Position numbers and translations under genes: made by a program
Assembly: GCA_964016885.1 (NCBI GenBank)
Contig: OZ024743.1
Span: 22,134,001 to 22,198,000 of the forward strand
DNA length: 64,000 bases
Direction of reading: 5' to 3'
DNA from: Eledone cirrhosa
Lineage: Eukaryota
Notes under the pieces: generated by a model
What the model was told of the DNA's origin: nothing
The model's database searches: none
What the model saw: the letters and a program-made list of their open reading frames with translations, nothing else
Shown: one piece after another, positions 40,853 through 54,478 of the stretch
How positions within the stretch are numbered: the first letter of the stretch is position 1
Layout: each line of letters starts with the position of its first letter

Positions 40853-42488
40853 TCACCATAGAATCATGGTTAGGACCGTGGGTTTGGTTAGAATTATGGT
40901 TAGGACCTTGGTTTTGGTTAGAATCATGGTTATGACCTTGTTTTTGGTTAGCATCATGGTTAGGACCATGGGTTTGTTTAGAATCATGTTTAGGACCTTG
41001 GGTTTTGTTAGAATCATGGTTATGACGTTGGTTTTGGTTAGCATCATGGTTAGGACCATGGGTTTGGTTAGAATCATGGTTAGGACCACGGTTTTGGTTA
41101 GCACCATGGTTAGGACCATGGGTTTTGTTAGAATCATGGTTAGGTCAACGGTTTTTTGTTAGCATCATGGTTAGGACCTTGGTTTTGGTTAGAATCATGG
41201 TTATGATTTGGTTTTGGTTAGCATCATGGTTAGGACCTTGGTTTCGGTTAGCATCATGGTTATGACCTTAGTTTTGGTTAGAATCATTGTTATGACCTTG
41301 GTTTTGGTTAGCATCATGGTTAGGACCATGGGTTTGGTTAGAATCATGGTTATGACCTTGGTTTTGGTTAGCATCATGGTTAGGACCATGGGTTTGGTTA
41401 GAATCATGGTTATGACCTTGGTTTTGGTTAGCATCATGGTTAGGACCATGGGTTTGGTTAGAATCATGGTTAGGACCATGGGTTTGGTTAGAATCATGGT
41501 TAGGATCACGATTTTGGTTAGCATCAGGGTTAGGACTATGGGTTTGGTTAGAATCATGGTTAGGAACACGGTTTTGGTTAGCATCATGGTTAGGACCTTG
41601 GTTTTGGTTAGAATCATGGTTAGTACCTTGGTTTTGGTTAGAATCATGGTTAGGAACTTGGTTTTGGTTAGCATCATGGTTAGGACCTTGGTGTTGGTTA
41701 GAATCATGGTTAGGACCTTGGATTTGGTTAGGATCATGGTTAGGACCATGGGTTTGGTTAGCATCATGGTTAGGACCATGGGTTATGTTAGAATCATGGT
41801 TAGGACCTTGGTTTTGGTTAGCATCATGGTTAGGACCATGGGTTTGGTTAGGATCATGGTTAGGACCTTGGATTTGGTTAGAATCATGGTTATGGCCTTG
41901 GTTTTGGTTAGCATCATGGTTAGGACCTTGGTTTTGGTTAGAATCATGGTTAGTATCTTGGTTTTGGTTAGAATCATGGTTAGGACCATGGTTTTGGTTA
42001 GCATCATGGTTAGGACCATGGGTTTGGTTAGGATCATGGTTAGGACCTTGGATTTGGTTAGAATCATGGTTAGGACCTTGGTTTTGGTTAGAATCATGGT
42101 TAGGACCTTGGTTTTGGTTAGAATCATGGTTAGGACCTTGGTTTTGGTTAGCATCTGGTTATGACCTTGGTTTTGGTTAGCATCATGGTTAGGACCTTGG
42201 TTTTGGTTAGAATCATGGTTAGGACCATGGGTTTGGTTAGAACCATGGATAGGACCACGGTTTTGGTTAGAATCATGGTTAGGACCATGGGTTTGGTTAG
42301 ATTCATGGTTAGGACCATGGGTTTGGTTAGAATCATTGTTAGGACTTTGGTTTTGGTTAGCATCATGGTTATGACCTTGGTTTTTTTTAGAATCATGGTT
42401 AGGACCACAGTTTTGGTTAGAATCATGGTTATGACCTTGGTTTTGGTTAGAATCATGGTTAGGACCTTGGTTTTGGTTAGCATCATGG
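40853..42488. repeat. 30-bp minisatellite (~54 units) containing GGTTAG hexamers
   Basis: Consensus GGTTAG AATCAT GGTTAG GACCTT GGTTTT; 10-aa periodic ORFs on both strands. Confidence 0.97.
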
Positions 42489-43034
42489 TATATTTGATAT
42501 GTTATATAACTTGGTGTATACATATTCCTGAATTTGTTGTTAAATAACACAATTTATATCTAAAAAATGATGGGGTTTATGTTTTAACTGTTTAAACATG
42601 AATGTATATATATGTAACTGTTGATATAGTCGTGGGGGTGCCGTAGTGACACATGGCTTTTCTTGGGCACCTTAAACCTGGCATTGCTCATCTCCTCTCC
42701 AGTTCTGAACACAGTTGATTTCTTCCAGAGAAGGAAGAAGTTATAGAAAGGAATTTAGAAAGAAATGTAGAGGAAAAATTGGTCCTTGTATTGGACTAGT
42801 ACTTTTTTTTTATCGAACGGAGGGAGTTGAACTCAGAATATAAAGGTAGCGACCAAACACACAAATACCACAATGGCATTGTATTGGACTCTGTACTACT
42901 TTTACTAAACCGTTCCCTTTTAATTGTATAAATTGCATTAAAAAATATAAGGTAGGGTAAGCGAAAATAAGTTCAATAGAACATGGTACAAACGTACATT
43001 AGACTCAATCTAGTGTTAAAACGAAATAGATTTA

Positions 43035-43170
43035 ACCCGGCGGTCCGTCTGAGGAGGGAGCCCCGCGAGGTTGGGCTGTTGTTGCAACGGGTGTCACTAG
43101 CCATCGTCCACGGGAATGCTTTTGCCGTTTTGTTCGCGGGGCGCAGCACTTCTGCCCTCTTGCCATAGGC
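43035..43170 (+). mobile_element. CRE-clade retrotransposon 3' fragment
   Basis: EPREVGLLLQRVSLAIVHGNA, resembling the C-terminus of CRE restriction-like endonuclease ORFs. Confidence 0.6.
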
Positions 43171-43783
43171 CCAAAGCCCAATCACCCTCCCCTTCACCCT
43201 TCCCCTCTCTTCTGAGACACCAGAGCTCTTGCCATCCCCTCCCTTCCCGTTCTTTTTCATCTTTCTTTCTCTCTTTTTTCTCTATATTTCCCTATTCTTT
43301 CTTTCCTTTTGTTTTCCCCTTTTTTTATTATTATTGCCGTCATTATAGTTGTCATTATTATGGCGGTGGATTCTGAGTTCAAATCCCGCCGAGGTTAACT
43401 TTACCTTTCATCCTTACGGAGTCGATAAAATAAAGTACCAGTAATGTACTGGGTAATTGCTGGCCTTGTGCCAAATGTAGAAACAATTATTGTTACTGTA
43501 AATAATATCATGTTTATACAGTTTTTATCATAAATAAATTTCATTCATTTATCAGGTGCCTTAATATATGTTCCTAAATTAATATACAAATAGCTTACTC
43601 TATACGCTTTTGTTCTTAAAGGTGCAGGTGACTACGGTTTAATGTTTAGCCACTAATCAACTAAGCATTATTTTGCCAATTTTGTCCACGTATGTTGAAA
43701 CACTATGTATCTTCAAGATTAGAAACAATTGGCATAAAATATGTTTTTGTTTAGTTTTGTTGGGGTTTTTTTTTTCGTACAAA

Positions 43784-44161
43784 CAGGCCGGCGCTATGGA
43801 ACTGCATAGAAGACAGACCTTAAAAGATCAACATTTTATGCACATTTATTAAATTAAATTTAATACATGCGATCAATAAATAAATTGCTAAACATTTTTG
43901 CAGCATAGCAGCGTTGTGGAAATATCCAAAGCGTTGAAGGGGGCACATGTGGTTTTATGAACTGTCACATGATTTGGCATGGGTGTGAGAGCTGTGTAGT
44001 AGAAAATGCAGGTTTAGTAATTTTCTTAGTTTTGTCAGAGCAAGAAGTGTAATAAACAGTAAGCTGAAATTATTTTATTCGGTAGACGGTGTGCATAATG
44101 GAGAATGTGACGCCCATTGTAGAGCTTGCCAAGGGCACTGAATACCTAGGTGCAGGCATTG
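43784..44161. mobile_element. Possible hAT-type MITE
   Basis: Degenerate termini caggccggcgctatgg ... ctaggtgcaggcattg. Confidence 0.35.
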
Positions 44162-46747
44162 CGTAGAAATGATATTTTTCAATAGATTTTTTTTTTTCAA
44201 AAGTTGACTTCCGGCAATAGCTTTTGTAAAAAGAATCATTGACAATGATTTTTTTCTATAAAATAGTTCAAAGGATGAATAAAAAAAAAGTTTGATCTTT
44301 TTTTCAATAACGTGAGAACTTGCAGACGGATGAATTTTATGTCGACCGCTATTTCACATGAGCCGGATGCACTTGGATGCTCAACCAGACGGACAAAAGT
44401 AAACACTATATTGTATTTGAACTGCCAGACTACTAAATGCATAATGTAGAAATACGAAATGAAACTATTTTAGTCGTTGCTCACAATCGAGTATGAATTG
44501 ATACTATATACCATGCTTTCGTTAAATGTTTTATGTGCTCATGCAGATGAGAGCAGACGCAGGCGCCATCCCTCCATTGATCTAGCAGATCATACAGGAA
44601 GTGACAGCACTGGGCAAGTACTTTCTTTATCGACCACGGAGGGATAAAAGGCAAAGTGGACTTCGGCGGGATTTGAACTCAGAACGACTGCCGAATCGAC
44701 AGCCTTACGAAATTAAACATGATATTTGATGTCAATCTACTGGATGGCCCACGAAAAAAATCAAACCCTGCATAGTTTTCGATCTGTCAGTTTACTATTT
44801 CTGCCGATACACAATCATCCTTGTTGCATCAGTACAACATTATTTGGGTTTCCTCTTCAAATATCTCAAAACTTTCAACCCAAAATTTTCAAGAAAATTA
44901 ATACATGTAGAAGCTGCCCAAAAAGACACAACATCAATTGTTCATCACCTTCCCAGCAACCTATCAACAGCACCACCATTGAACATATCCAATTATCAAT
45001 TATTAAGTGTCACTATTTTAGTCACGTATGGTTGTTTGCTTAAGTGACCGCTCTAGTAGCCACTTAAATATCAAATCTTGTAACTACGGAAGCTGGGAAG
45101 TATAATTTTATGGGTGTTTTTTCATCAATGAAGATTTTATTGGCTTCTTTTTGTTGTTGTTTTTGGAATTTCGCAATTTACAGCAAGTTATTTTTTATGA
45201 ATATATATTTCATCTTATTTTGTTTTATGGCTTAACCAAGAAAGATAAGCTGTGTCTGTGGTTTGGTGAATTATATACGGTGAAATGCATGCAGTTGATG
45301 TTCACGTTAGACCTCTATAGACTTAATCTGGTATTCCTCTGCCACCTGGTCTTTGGGCATCTTTAGCAGAGAATCCTATATTGCAAACTACAGGCCAGGT
45401 CTACGGTTTATAAATAACTTTCCCTCTTCTTCCCCACAAGTTTAGAAAGCCCTGAAAAAAAAATACCATGGTATTTACCCTAGCTAAATGAAGAAAGAGG
45501 TAGACTTATCTGCAAGAGAAACGTAGGCAGGGAGGGAATTGCAGAATGTTTTACGCTCTTTGACTGAAGGGTTATGAATAAAAATGTGTTAGAATGGGGC
45601 CTGTAGGGATGTCGTAGTACTGGAGACAGGAGAAGAGAGGGGAGACTCAAGACGTTATACTCTGGACAAAAAAAAATCTAATAGAAATGCTTGGCACATA
45701 TTAATCTACTGTTTTTCTTGTTTCAGTCACTGAACTGCGGCCATACTGGGGCACGACAATCAAGGATCATATCACTATTTATACCATTTTAGTAAATATT
45801 CTATCAATCTTTGTTTGTTGAACTGGAAGAATTTCGTATGCAGACTCAATTAAGAATTGTATAAAATCGGGCTCGGCTACAGGTCATGAGACTTTGTACT
45901 CGACTGTTTGCTTCCATCCAGTTTAGGCTCCATGTTACTGAGTTCCAGTCATCCTACTAGTTACTCTTCCTTGAACGATGCTAGGAACTCGTTCTAAATC
46001 AGCAAACTCATATCTTTACCTTATTTCTTATTACAACGAGTTAATGTGCTACTACACCGACTACGAGGTACTATGCTCATCATCATCTCTGTCTCAGATG
46101 CAACACTACAACATGTGCAGCTTCTGGTCTCCTCTAAATCTATCCTGTTTTGATATATACCCGAAAGACATTTGAGTCATTGGACTCTCGATATTACAGA
46201 ACCTCCCTCACATGAATCAGCGTGAACTCCCTCTTCAGGCTACTGATGGGAAACTTCAATTTGTTATGCTCATAGGTAGTTCTAGCTAAACTTGCTTCCT
46301 TTCTTCTCAAGACCCTCGACTGAATCTTTCTGCCCCTCATAAACCTAGAGTTGCCAGAGAATCCACTGAAGGATGCAACACCGGTACACCCAAGCCTTAA
46401 ACTTTCCAGCTAGGCCTAATATGTTTACCGTGGATATCCAGGCTTCTAAATCTTGGTTAGTTGCTAGAATAGATGCAGTGTATTTTCTTTTTTTTTTCAG
46501 ATTGCTTCTGTACTAGATTCTTATTTGCTGGACTAGATGCAACGTCTCTGAAACACCTCACTGGTTTCTCAGCCAGGAACGATGTCTAGGTGTGAAGCAG
46601 AAATTGACGATGATCATTTCTTTGTTCAATACAAGATGACCAGACTTTGCCAGTTTGGAATCCATGTAAACCAAGTTGGTAGCTCCTCAAGGACCTTTTC
46701 CCTAATCGTTTCAAAATGTTGTGTGGGGAATTTTCTGACATTAAAAG

Positions 46748-46749
<2 letters not shown>

Positions 46750-46838
<89 letters not shown>
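46750..46838. repeat. (CT)n microsatellite
   Basis: Direct reading. Confidence 0.98.
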
Positions 46839-46839
<1 letters not shown>

Positions 46840-47149
46840 ACATTGAAGGATCTGTAACTAGTTATTCGGTGGGTATAAGAAATTGTTTTTTTTAATTTCC
46901 TTTTCTTTTTTTACTATTTTTTCTTTTTTAGATTTTAGCTGTTCGTAGGGAGTGGGGTTGTGGAAATTGTGAGTTCGGTGTTTCTACAAAGAGCTGTTTG
47001 GATAATTCAGGAAGGTGGGTTGTTTATGGCACTGTTGCTGGCTGTTTAAATATTTACTGCAAACACTATTTCAGCTGTTGAGATATTTCTTTCAGACGCA
47101 ACAACCAGTTTTTGACATGAAACAGGCCTTTTGGGGCTGCAGGAAAACA

Positions 47150-47485
47150 ACAGTAACATCATCATCACCACCACAACCACCAACATAACCACCGCTCAAA
47201 GACCAATAACACCACCACTCAAAGACCAATAACACCACCACGTCCATCACCACCATATTCATCACGACCACGATGACCACCACCACCGTCATTAATACCA
47301 CCGCCAGCAACACCACCGCCACCATAACAACTATTAATACCACAACCACCACCATAACCAACACTACCACCATGGCCATCACCACCATGTTCACGACGAC
47401 CACCACCACCACCACCACCACCACCACCATAACCAGCATCACGACGACCACCACCAACAACACCATCAATAACAGCAGCACCAAC
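47150..47485. repeat. (ACC/AAC/ATC)n trinucleotide low-complexity tract
   Basis: Direct reading; similar tracts at 52765-53095 and 57295-57480. Confidence 0.9.
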
Positions 47486-47564
47486 AGGGAGCTTCTATGT
47501 GTTTTCGCAACTTTCTAAAAATAGTCACCAAACTGATTTCCCTTGAATCATTATCTATCATATG

Positions 47565-47800
47565 ATCAAAGGTTTATACCGGTCGCTCTCCGACAGGTTT
47601 GCAGTCGTACCCTTGACAGTGAAACTTCTGGTGTCCTCGGCCCTAGGGCTACCTCCCTACTCACCACCATAGGCGCTGAGCTGGCCAGCAGCAGGTGTGA
47701 TCCTCGCGAGTTGGAATGGCTCTTCCAACGCGTCTCCCTTGCCGTGCTTCGGTGAAACGCCTTCACAATTCTGTCCGCCGGGGCTGTGGGGAGGCCATCA
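47565..47800 (+). mobile_element. CRE-clade retrotransposon 3' fragment
   Basis: RFIPVA..ETSGVLGPRA..DPRELEWLFQRVSLAVLR*NA. Confidence 0.65.
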
Positions 47801-48049
47801 ATATGATTGACTGACTCGTCATTTTATCATGTACACACTTCACTACCAACTGCCCCAGCATTACTACCACCACCTTTAGCAATAAATCATCAAATAATTA
47901 CACTAGGGAAAATAGTGGCTGACAAGCAGTGAAATTGTACCCCTGCCCAGGACTGTATTTTTACCTATGGGCCTAAGAATTTATATAAATGGTTTAATAA
48001 TCCAGCTACCATAGTGTTCTCACCTCTGCCCAGCACTGGATTTTTACTA

Positions 48050-51000
48050 TCTCTATATATATAAAACGGTAGATGTCTGTCTGTGTGTGTGTATGATTTT
48101 TATGCATTTCCACATTTCTCTACCGATTTTGATGAATTGTTTCCAATGTGCTCCAAATTTACCAGGGCAGGTCAACACGTAATTATTTTTGCCACCAATG
48201 TCCTGCTTCTATGAAAAATATCGATAAAACTAAATACATGCTGTAACCCTCTCTCTTACATGCTTCATTCCTCTCACTACTACCATCAAAAATATATGAA
48301 ACTACATACATGTTGCAACTCTCTTTAAAAGGTTCATCACTCTCTCTACTCGCCCCTCAATCTCCTCTGCAACTCTCTTTAAAAGGTTACTGCCTCCGTC
48401 TACTACCCTATCAACATTACCATTTAGAACGACAAAACTTCTTTTGAAGGAACGCGACACAAACTTTGAAACCTAAGCAATACAACAACCATAGCTTTAC
48501 TCTCTCCGTCGCTCTTCCCTCTCTCTACAATAGATTATTCCCCCTCTCTACAGTCATAACGACACTCATACATCAAATATCAAAATTTAAAAAGCCGATA
48601 ACACTAAATACATACTGCTCTATCAACGTTACATTTTACACACTTACATTTTATATCAAATAACACAATATTTAAAAGCAACAGATAAATTTATAAAACA
48701 ACAAACGTAACAATAACGACCTCTCTATAATTTAACTGCTTTACTCTCTCTGTCGCTCTTCACTCCCTGTATGACAACACTGCAGAGAGAGAAACAATGT
48801 ATATGATCAAATGGAGCGTTCCGTATATTCCCTCTCTCTATAATTTAACTGCTTTACTCTCTCTGACTCTCTTCACTCCCTATATGACAACACTGCAGTG
48901 GAGCGTTCCGCATTGAGCGTTCCGTATTGGCATACGGCTTATCTGGGGCATTTTCAATCGGCTTATTGCAAATAACCCGCAAAATAACACTTCATATAAC
49001 AGATTAATGCTATAGACATATTAATCGGAATGTAACCCGTGAACTTTTTCCTGGGCAAAATTATTCGAACAGACATGACCTCATTGCCAGAGTGTTCAGA
49101 CTGAAACTGGCTAAACTCATGGCTTTAATCAAAAAGGTCAGGTATTTGGGGCTGTAAAATGTGACATGTTCACCGTCAAATGGCAAAAACGAGGGCTGCC
49201 ACATGCTCACATTTTGATTTGGTTAGCTGATAAAATCAATTCAAATGCCATAGACAGTTTCATTTCGGCTGAAATCCCTAACCCAGCAACTGACCAGGAA
49301 TTACATGACATCGTCAAAGCTAACATGGCCCGTGTGCCCCGGGTCCTAATGAGCATCACACGTGTCTGAAAGGGGGGTCGTGCAAAAATATGTTGACGAG
49401 ACTCAGACTGGTGGAGATGGGTACCCCCTGTACAGGCGGAGACGGCCCGAGAGTACCACAACAGTAAAGAGAGGTCAAGTCGACAATAGATGGGGGGTCC
49501 GTTACTGCCCGCTTCTCTTGAAGATGTTCAACGCCCACATCAACGTTGAGTTTTGCAACTCCGTCAAGTCTATAAAATACATATGCAAATATGTAAATAA
49601 GGGCTCTGATGAGGTCACAGAATACCTGGCGCGGCAGTACATCAGTAGCAATGAAGCTTTTTGGTGCCTATTTAGTTTCCCCTTACACCAACGGCACCCC
49701 ACCATCGTACAGCTTGCGGTACATTTGCAAAATGGGCAAAGGGTTTACTTTACGGACCAAACCGCCGCCGAGCTGGCCGTCGATCTGAAAGAGACCACTC
49801 TGACAGGTTTCTTCAAACTTTGCCAGTTCGATACATTTGCGCAAACAATTGTGTACCCCCAGGTTCCATCGGACTATATATGGTCGAAAAACACTTGGGT
49901 GCGAAGAAAGTCAGGTCAGGCTGTTGAAAGACATCCTGGTGTAAAAGTTGACAGTTGTCTTGGAAGGGTTTACACTGTGCCCCCAAGTTAGCATAAGTGC
50001 TTTCATCTCCGCCTTCTTCTGCATGAAGTTGTAGGCCCACAAAGTTTTCAGGACCTCAAAACTGTTGATGGAGAAATATGTGATACGTACGGGAAGCCTG
50101 CTTTAAGCGTAGTCTTTTGGAAGATGATTCGCAATGGGATTCCACTTTAGCAGAGGGTGCTTTGTTGAAATCACCTAAAGGTCTACGGAAACTCTTTGCT
50201 ATTTTGCTTCAAAAGTGTGAATTGGGTGATCCCAAATCTTTATGGGTCGAGTACAGAGACTTCATGTCTGAGGATTTCCTGCGCCTGGCTCATCTGCAGT
50301 ATCCTTCAGTGGAAGTTGCTTACAGCGGCATTATCTACAACAGGGCACTCATTGATATCGAGGACCCCCCCCCCGACATGGGTGGGAGTGAGTTGGCGAC
50401 GTATGGCTTGCCGTCAACCGTCACAGATGAAGCTAACACGTTGGCCCCGGATTTGTTGCGGGAATCAGCATATGGCATCGAATCTCTTTCCCGATACTTA
50501 GAGGAAAATGAGCCTAAACGTCTGTCAGACCAAAGGTTGGCCTATTTAACTATCATTGACGCGGTTCAAAATCAGACTGGGGGTATTTACTTTCTCGATG
50601 CTCCTGGGGGTACCGGAAAAACTTTTGTAACAAAATTGATTCCCGCTAAGATTCGTCAGGAGAAAAAAATTGCGTTGGCCGTTGCATCGTCCGGGATCGC
50701 TGCTACTTTGCTGCCGGGAGGCAGGACAGCATATTCAACCTTTAAATTTCCCTTGGATTTAGTAAAAACTGAGACACCAACATGCAATATCAGCAAGAGC
50801 TCACACAAAGCTCTGGTTCTCAAAAAATGTTGCCTCATTGTTTGGGTTTAGTGCACAATGGCACACAAGGGTGCCCTTGAGGCATTGGACAGGACCCTGA
50901 AAGACATTAGGGATTCTACGGCTCCTATGGGTGGCGTAACCCTTCTGCTATCAGTGGATTTTCGGCAAACGCTGCCTGTCATCCCCAAAGGGACAAGAGC

Positions 51001-52206
51001 TGATGAAGTGCGTGCCTGCCTTAAGGCGTCCACGTTGTGGGCCCAGGTGAAGACTTTGTACCTGAGCACAAATATGCGTGCTCATTTGCATGGTAACAAC
51101 ACGTCTGCAGCATTTGCTCAAACCATTTTAGCATTTGGTGAGGGTAAGGTCCCTGCGGATGACAAGGGTGGCATAACAATCGACTCCCTGTGCAACATTG
51201 TGAGCAGCCCTCCTGACCTTTGAGAGGCAGTTTTTCCTAATGTCTCATCTAACTTTAAAAACTTCGATTGGCTCAGCGAAAGAGCCATCCTTGCTCCGAA
51301 AAATGCCATGGTTAATTTTATTAACGAGCAGCTGATTGAGAAAATTCCCGGTAAAGAGCACATCTTCAAATCTATCGACCGGACGTCAGACCCCGTCGAT
51401 ATCGTTAATTATCCAGTTGAGTTATTAAATTCCCTTGAGCCTCCAGGGCTCCCACCTCACATTCTTAAGCTTAGGGTTGGCTGTCTCATTATGCTAATAA
51501 GGAACTTGCGCCCACCAAAGCAGTGCAACGGTACTCGCATGGTCGTCAAGTCAATGACACCACACTTGATTGAGGCCACCATTGTAACGGGGTGCGGGAG
51601 AGGGGAGAATGTTTTCATTCCAAGGATGAAACTTTTCCCCTCGGCGTCAGATATCCCGTTCGATTTCCGGCGATCCCAATTCCCGATGAAACCATGTTTT
51701 GCCATGTCCATTAACAAGTCACAAGGGCAAACATTGTCGGTGGCGGGCATCCATTTGGGGGAGCCATGCTTCTCCCATGGTCAACGTTATGTTGCCTGTT
51801 CCCACGTAGGGAGCAGGAATGCACTTTTTGCTTACACTCCTCAAGGGATGACACGCAATATCGTCTACAAATAGGTGCTATAAATGTTGGTGCAGGTGTT
51901 GGAGGTGTTGGAGCTATGCCGTCTGGAAAACTATTTCCTGGTAGGGCCACCCATGGCGGAGAGATGTGACACCCAGCGGCATCAGGGCCACCATCTTGCA
52001 ACTTTGGTTTGCTAAATTCGCTATTGGAAGGTTATTAACCCATCGTTGATTGTCCAAAATGCTAATTGGTTCGTAACTTTTAATAACCGGTTCAACTGCT
52101 TTATGCACTTAATTGATAAGCTTATTCGCTTTCAAGCCACGTTTACCTGTATGTAACTTTTCATAGCAAATTAACAAACCCGAGCAACGCCGGGCTAAAC
52201 TGCTAG
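48050..52206 (+). mobile_element. Helitron (internally deleted, decayed Rep-helicase) with intact termini
   Basis: 5' TC at 48050, 3' CTAG 52203-52206 preceded by hairpin cccgagcaacgccggg (52179-52194), inserted between A and T with no TSD. Confidence 0.95.
49065..51874 (+). pseudogene. Helitron Rep (HUH Y2) and PIF1-family helicase
   Basis: KWQKRGLPHAHIL, KYICKYVNKG, LAVHLQNGQ, DAPGGTGKTF, ASSGIAATLL, DFRQTLPV, CNGTR, FAMSINKSQGQT, FSHGQ; multiple stops and frameshifts. Confidence 0.95.
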
Positions 52207-53249
52207 TTATATATAAATGGTTTAATGATCCAGCCACCATAGTGTTCTTACCTCTGCCCATCACTGTATTTTTACTATTATATATAAATGGTTTAATGAT
52301 CCAGCTACCATAGTGTTCTCACCTCTGCCCAGCACTGTATTTTTACTATTATATATAAATGGTTTCTAGCATAGTTACGTCCCTTTACAATCTGAGTTCA
52401 AATCCTGTTGAGGTTAACTTTGCCTTTCATCCTTACGGGGTCGATAAAATAAAGTACCAGTAATGTACTGGGTAATTGCTGGTCTTGTGCCTAAAGTAGA
52501 AACAATTATATATAAATGGTTTAATAATCCAGCTACCATAGTGTTCTCACTGAAGATAATCAGAGATAGATCATACATATCTGAAGGAGTTTCCTTTTTC
52601 ACTTTCCGAAGAGGCTCATTTGACTTTAATAGAATATGCTCCTAGTCCAAGTAGCGCCCCCTTCAGGTGACACCCATGGCGCACGCCATGCTTGCCATAC
52701 CTTAGTTACTTCTCTGCATAAGATGGAATGCTATTGATCACAAGTTTACTCAATCAGGTCTGACCAACAACAACAACAGTGACGTAAGAAGCAATAACAA
52801 CAACAACAGTGACGTAAGCAGCAATGACAACGACAACAACAACAATACCAGCAATAGTAAACTATGATAGCAACAGCAACATTAACAACAGCAGCATCAG
52901 TAGCAGCAGATACAGCAAAAAAAGTCATAACACCAACTCAACGTCTTCTTCGCCTCCTTCGTCTCCATCATCATCATCACCTTCATCGTCATCATCATCA
53001 CCATCACCATAATCGTCATCATCATCACCATCATCATCATCGTCATCATCATCATCGTCATCATCACCATAATCATCATCATCATCATCATCTTTAGAAT
53101 TTTCAACGTGAAAATCAAGAAACACAGCGTTTATTTTATTTCCATCTGCTGTCCTCTTTTGAAAGAACGAGAGAGAAAAATGAAAGAGAGAGAGACGAAG
53201 AGAAAGATAAATATATATAAATATATATACATACATATATATATATGGA

Positions 53250-53261
53250 GAGAGAGAAAGA

Positions 53262-53347
<86 letters not shown>

Positions 53348-53412
53348 TGGTAACACAAAAATAGATTAGAGAAGAGATGGGGTGAGAGTGAAAAACAGAG
53401 AAAGAGAGAGAT

Positions 53413-53502
<90 letters not shown>

Positions 53503-53512
53503 TGAGAGAGAG

Positions 53513-53543
<31 letters not shown>

Positions 53544-53588
53544 GATGGAGTGAGAGAGAGAGAGAGAGCGTGGGAGAGAGAGAGAGAA
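53250..53588. repeat. (GA)n microsatellite cluster
   Basis: Direct reading. Confidence 0.95.
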
Positions 53589-53811
53589 CTATGAGATATG
53601 TTCAGCTCTTAGAATAAGATATGTGTGTGTGAGTGTGTATGTGTTTATGTATGCAGGTGCATGTGTGTTTACATATCTGTATGTATGCAAGAGAGTATAA
53701 ACATCTTGACACTTAATATAAAGTGGACTCAATATATGTATAGCTGATAGTATGAAATTATGTAAAACAACTTCTTGTACTTTAAGATTTCGTATTATAT
53801 AAACAATCGTT

Positions 53812-53998
53812 GGCGGTGGATTGGCAGTATAGGTAGAGGGTTGGACGCCATGCTTTGTAGCATAGAGTTACAGCCCTTTCCATTCTGAGTTCAGACCCCG
53901 TCGAGGTCAACTTTGCCTTTCATCCTTACGGGGTCGATAAAATAAAGTACCAGTAATACGCTGGTTAATTGCTGGCCTTGTGCCAAAAGTAGAAACAT
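53812..53998 (+). mobile_element. Full-length OK-like SINE with TSD
   Basis: TSD ttatataaacaatcgtt at 53795-53811 and 53999-54015. Confidence 0.85.
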
Positions 53999-54065
53999 TT
54001 ATATAAACAATCGTTAGCAAGATGAAATACGAAAGAGAAGAAGAATATCCAAAAAGTAGTTATAA

Positions 54066-54253
54066 TTGTTTCTACTTTTGGCACAAGGCTAGCAATTATC
54101 CAGTACATTACTGGTACTTTATTTCATCGACCCCGTAAGGATGAAAGGCAAATTTAACCTTGACGGGATTTGAACTCTGACCGTAAAGGGACGTAACCAT
54201 GCTAGAAAGCATGGTGTCCAACCCTCTACTGATACTGCCAATTCACCACCCTC
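54066..54253 (-). mobile_element. Full-length OK-like SINE, inverted, with TSD
   Basis: TSD agtagttataat on both sides. Confidence 0.85.
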
Positions 54254-54291
54254 AGTAGTTATAATAGTAGTTATAATATCTGCATCGTATA

Positions 54292-54478
54292 GTGGTGGAT
54301 TGGCATTATCGGTTGAGAGTCGAACGCCATGCTTTGCGGCACAGAGTTACGGCCCTTTACTGTCTTAGTTCAAATCCTGCCGAAGTTAACTTTGCCTTTC
54401 ATCCTTACGGGGTCGATAAAAATAAAGTACCAGTAATATACTGGGATAATTGCTGGCCTTGTGCCAAAAGTCGAAATA
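54292..54478 (+). mobile_element. Full-length OK-like SINE
   Basis: Same consensus as its neighbours. Confidence 0.8.

Larger units (their letters stand above)
47980..52550. repeat. 71-bp tandem repeat interrupted by a Helitron and a SINE
   Basis: Unit attatatataaatggtttaatgatccagctaccatagtgttctcacctctgcccagcactgtatttttact at ~47980, 52207, 52278, 52349 (partial) and 52506 (partial). Confidence 0.85.

Noticed and set aside
40853-42488. CRISPR-like regular array
   Set aside because: Contiguous 30-bp units without unique spacers, no cas genes, eukaryotic context
45380-46740. Possible old CR1/L2 fragment or host exon
   Set aside because: Only vague resemblance and no diagnostic motif readable without a database search
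52925-53356. Acidic poly-Asp or poly-His protein ORFs
   Set aside because: (ATC)n and (GA)n microsatellite translations with no credible splice or coding context
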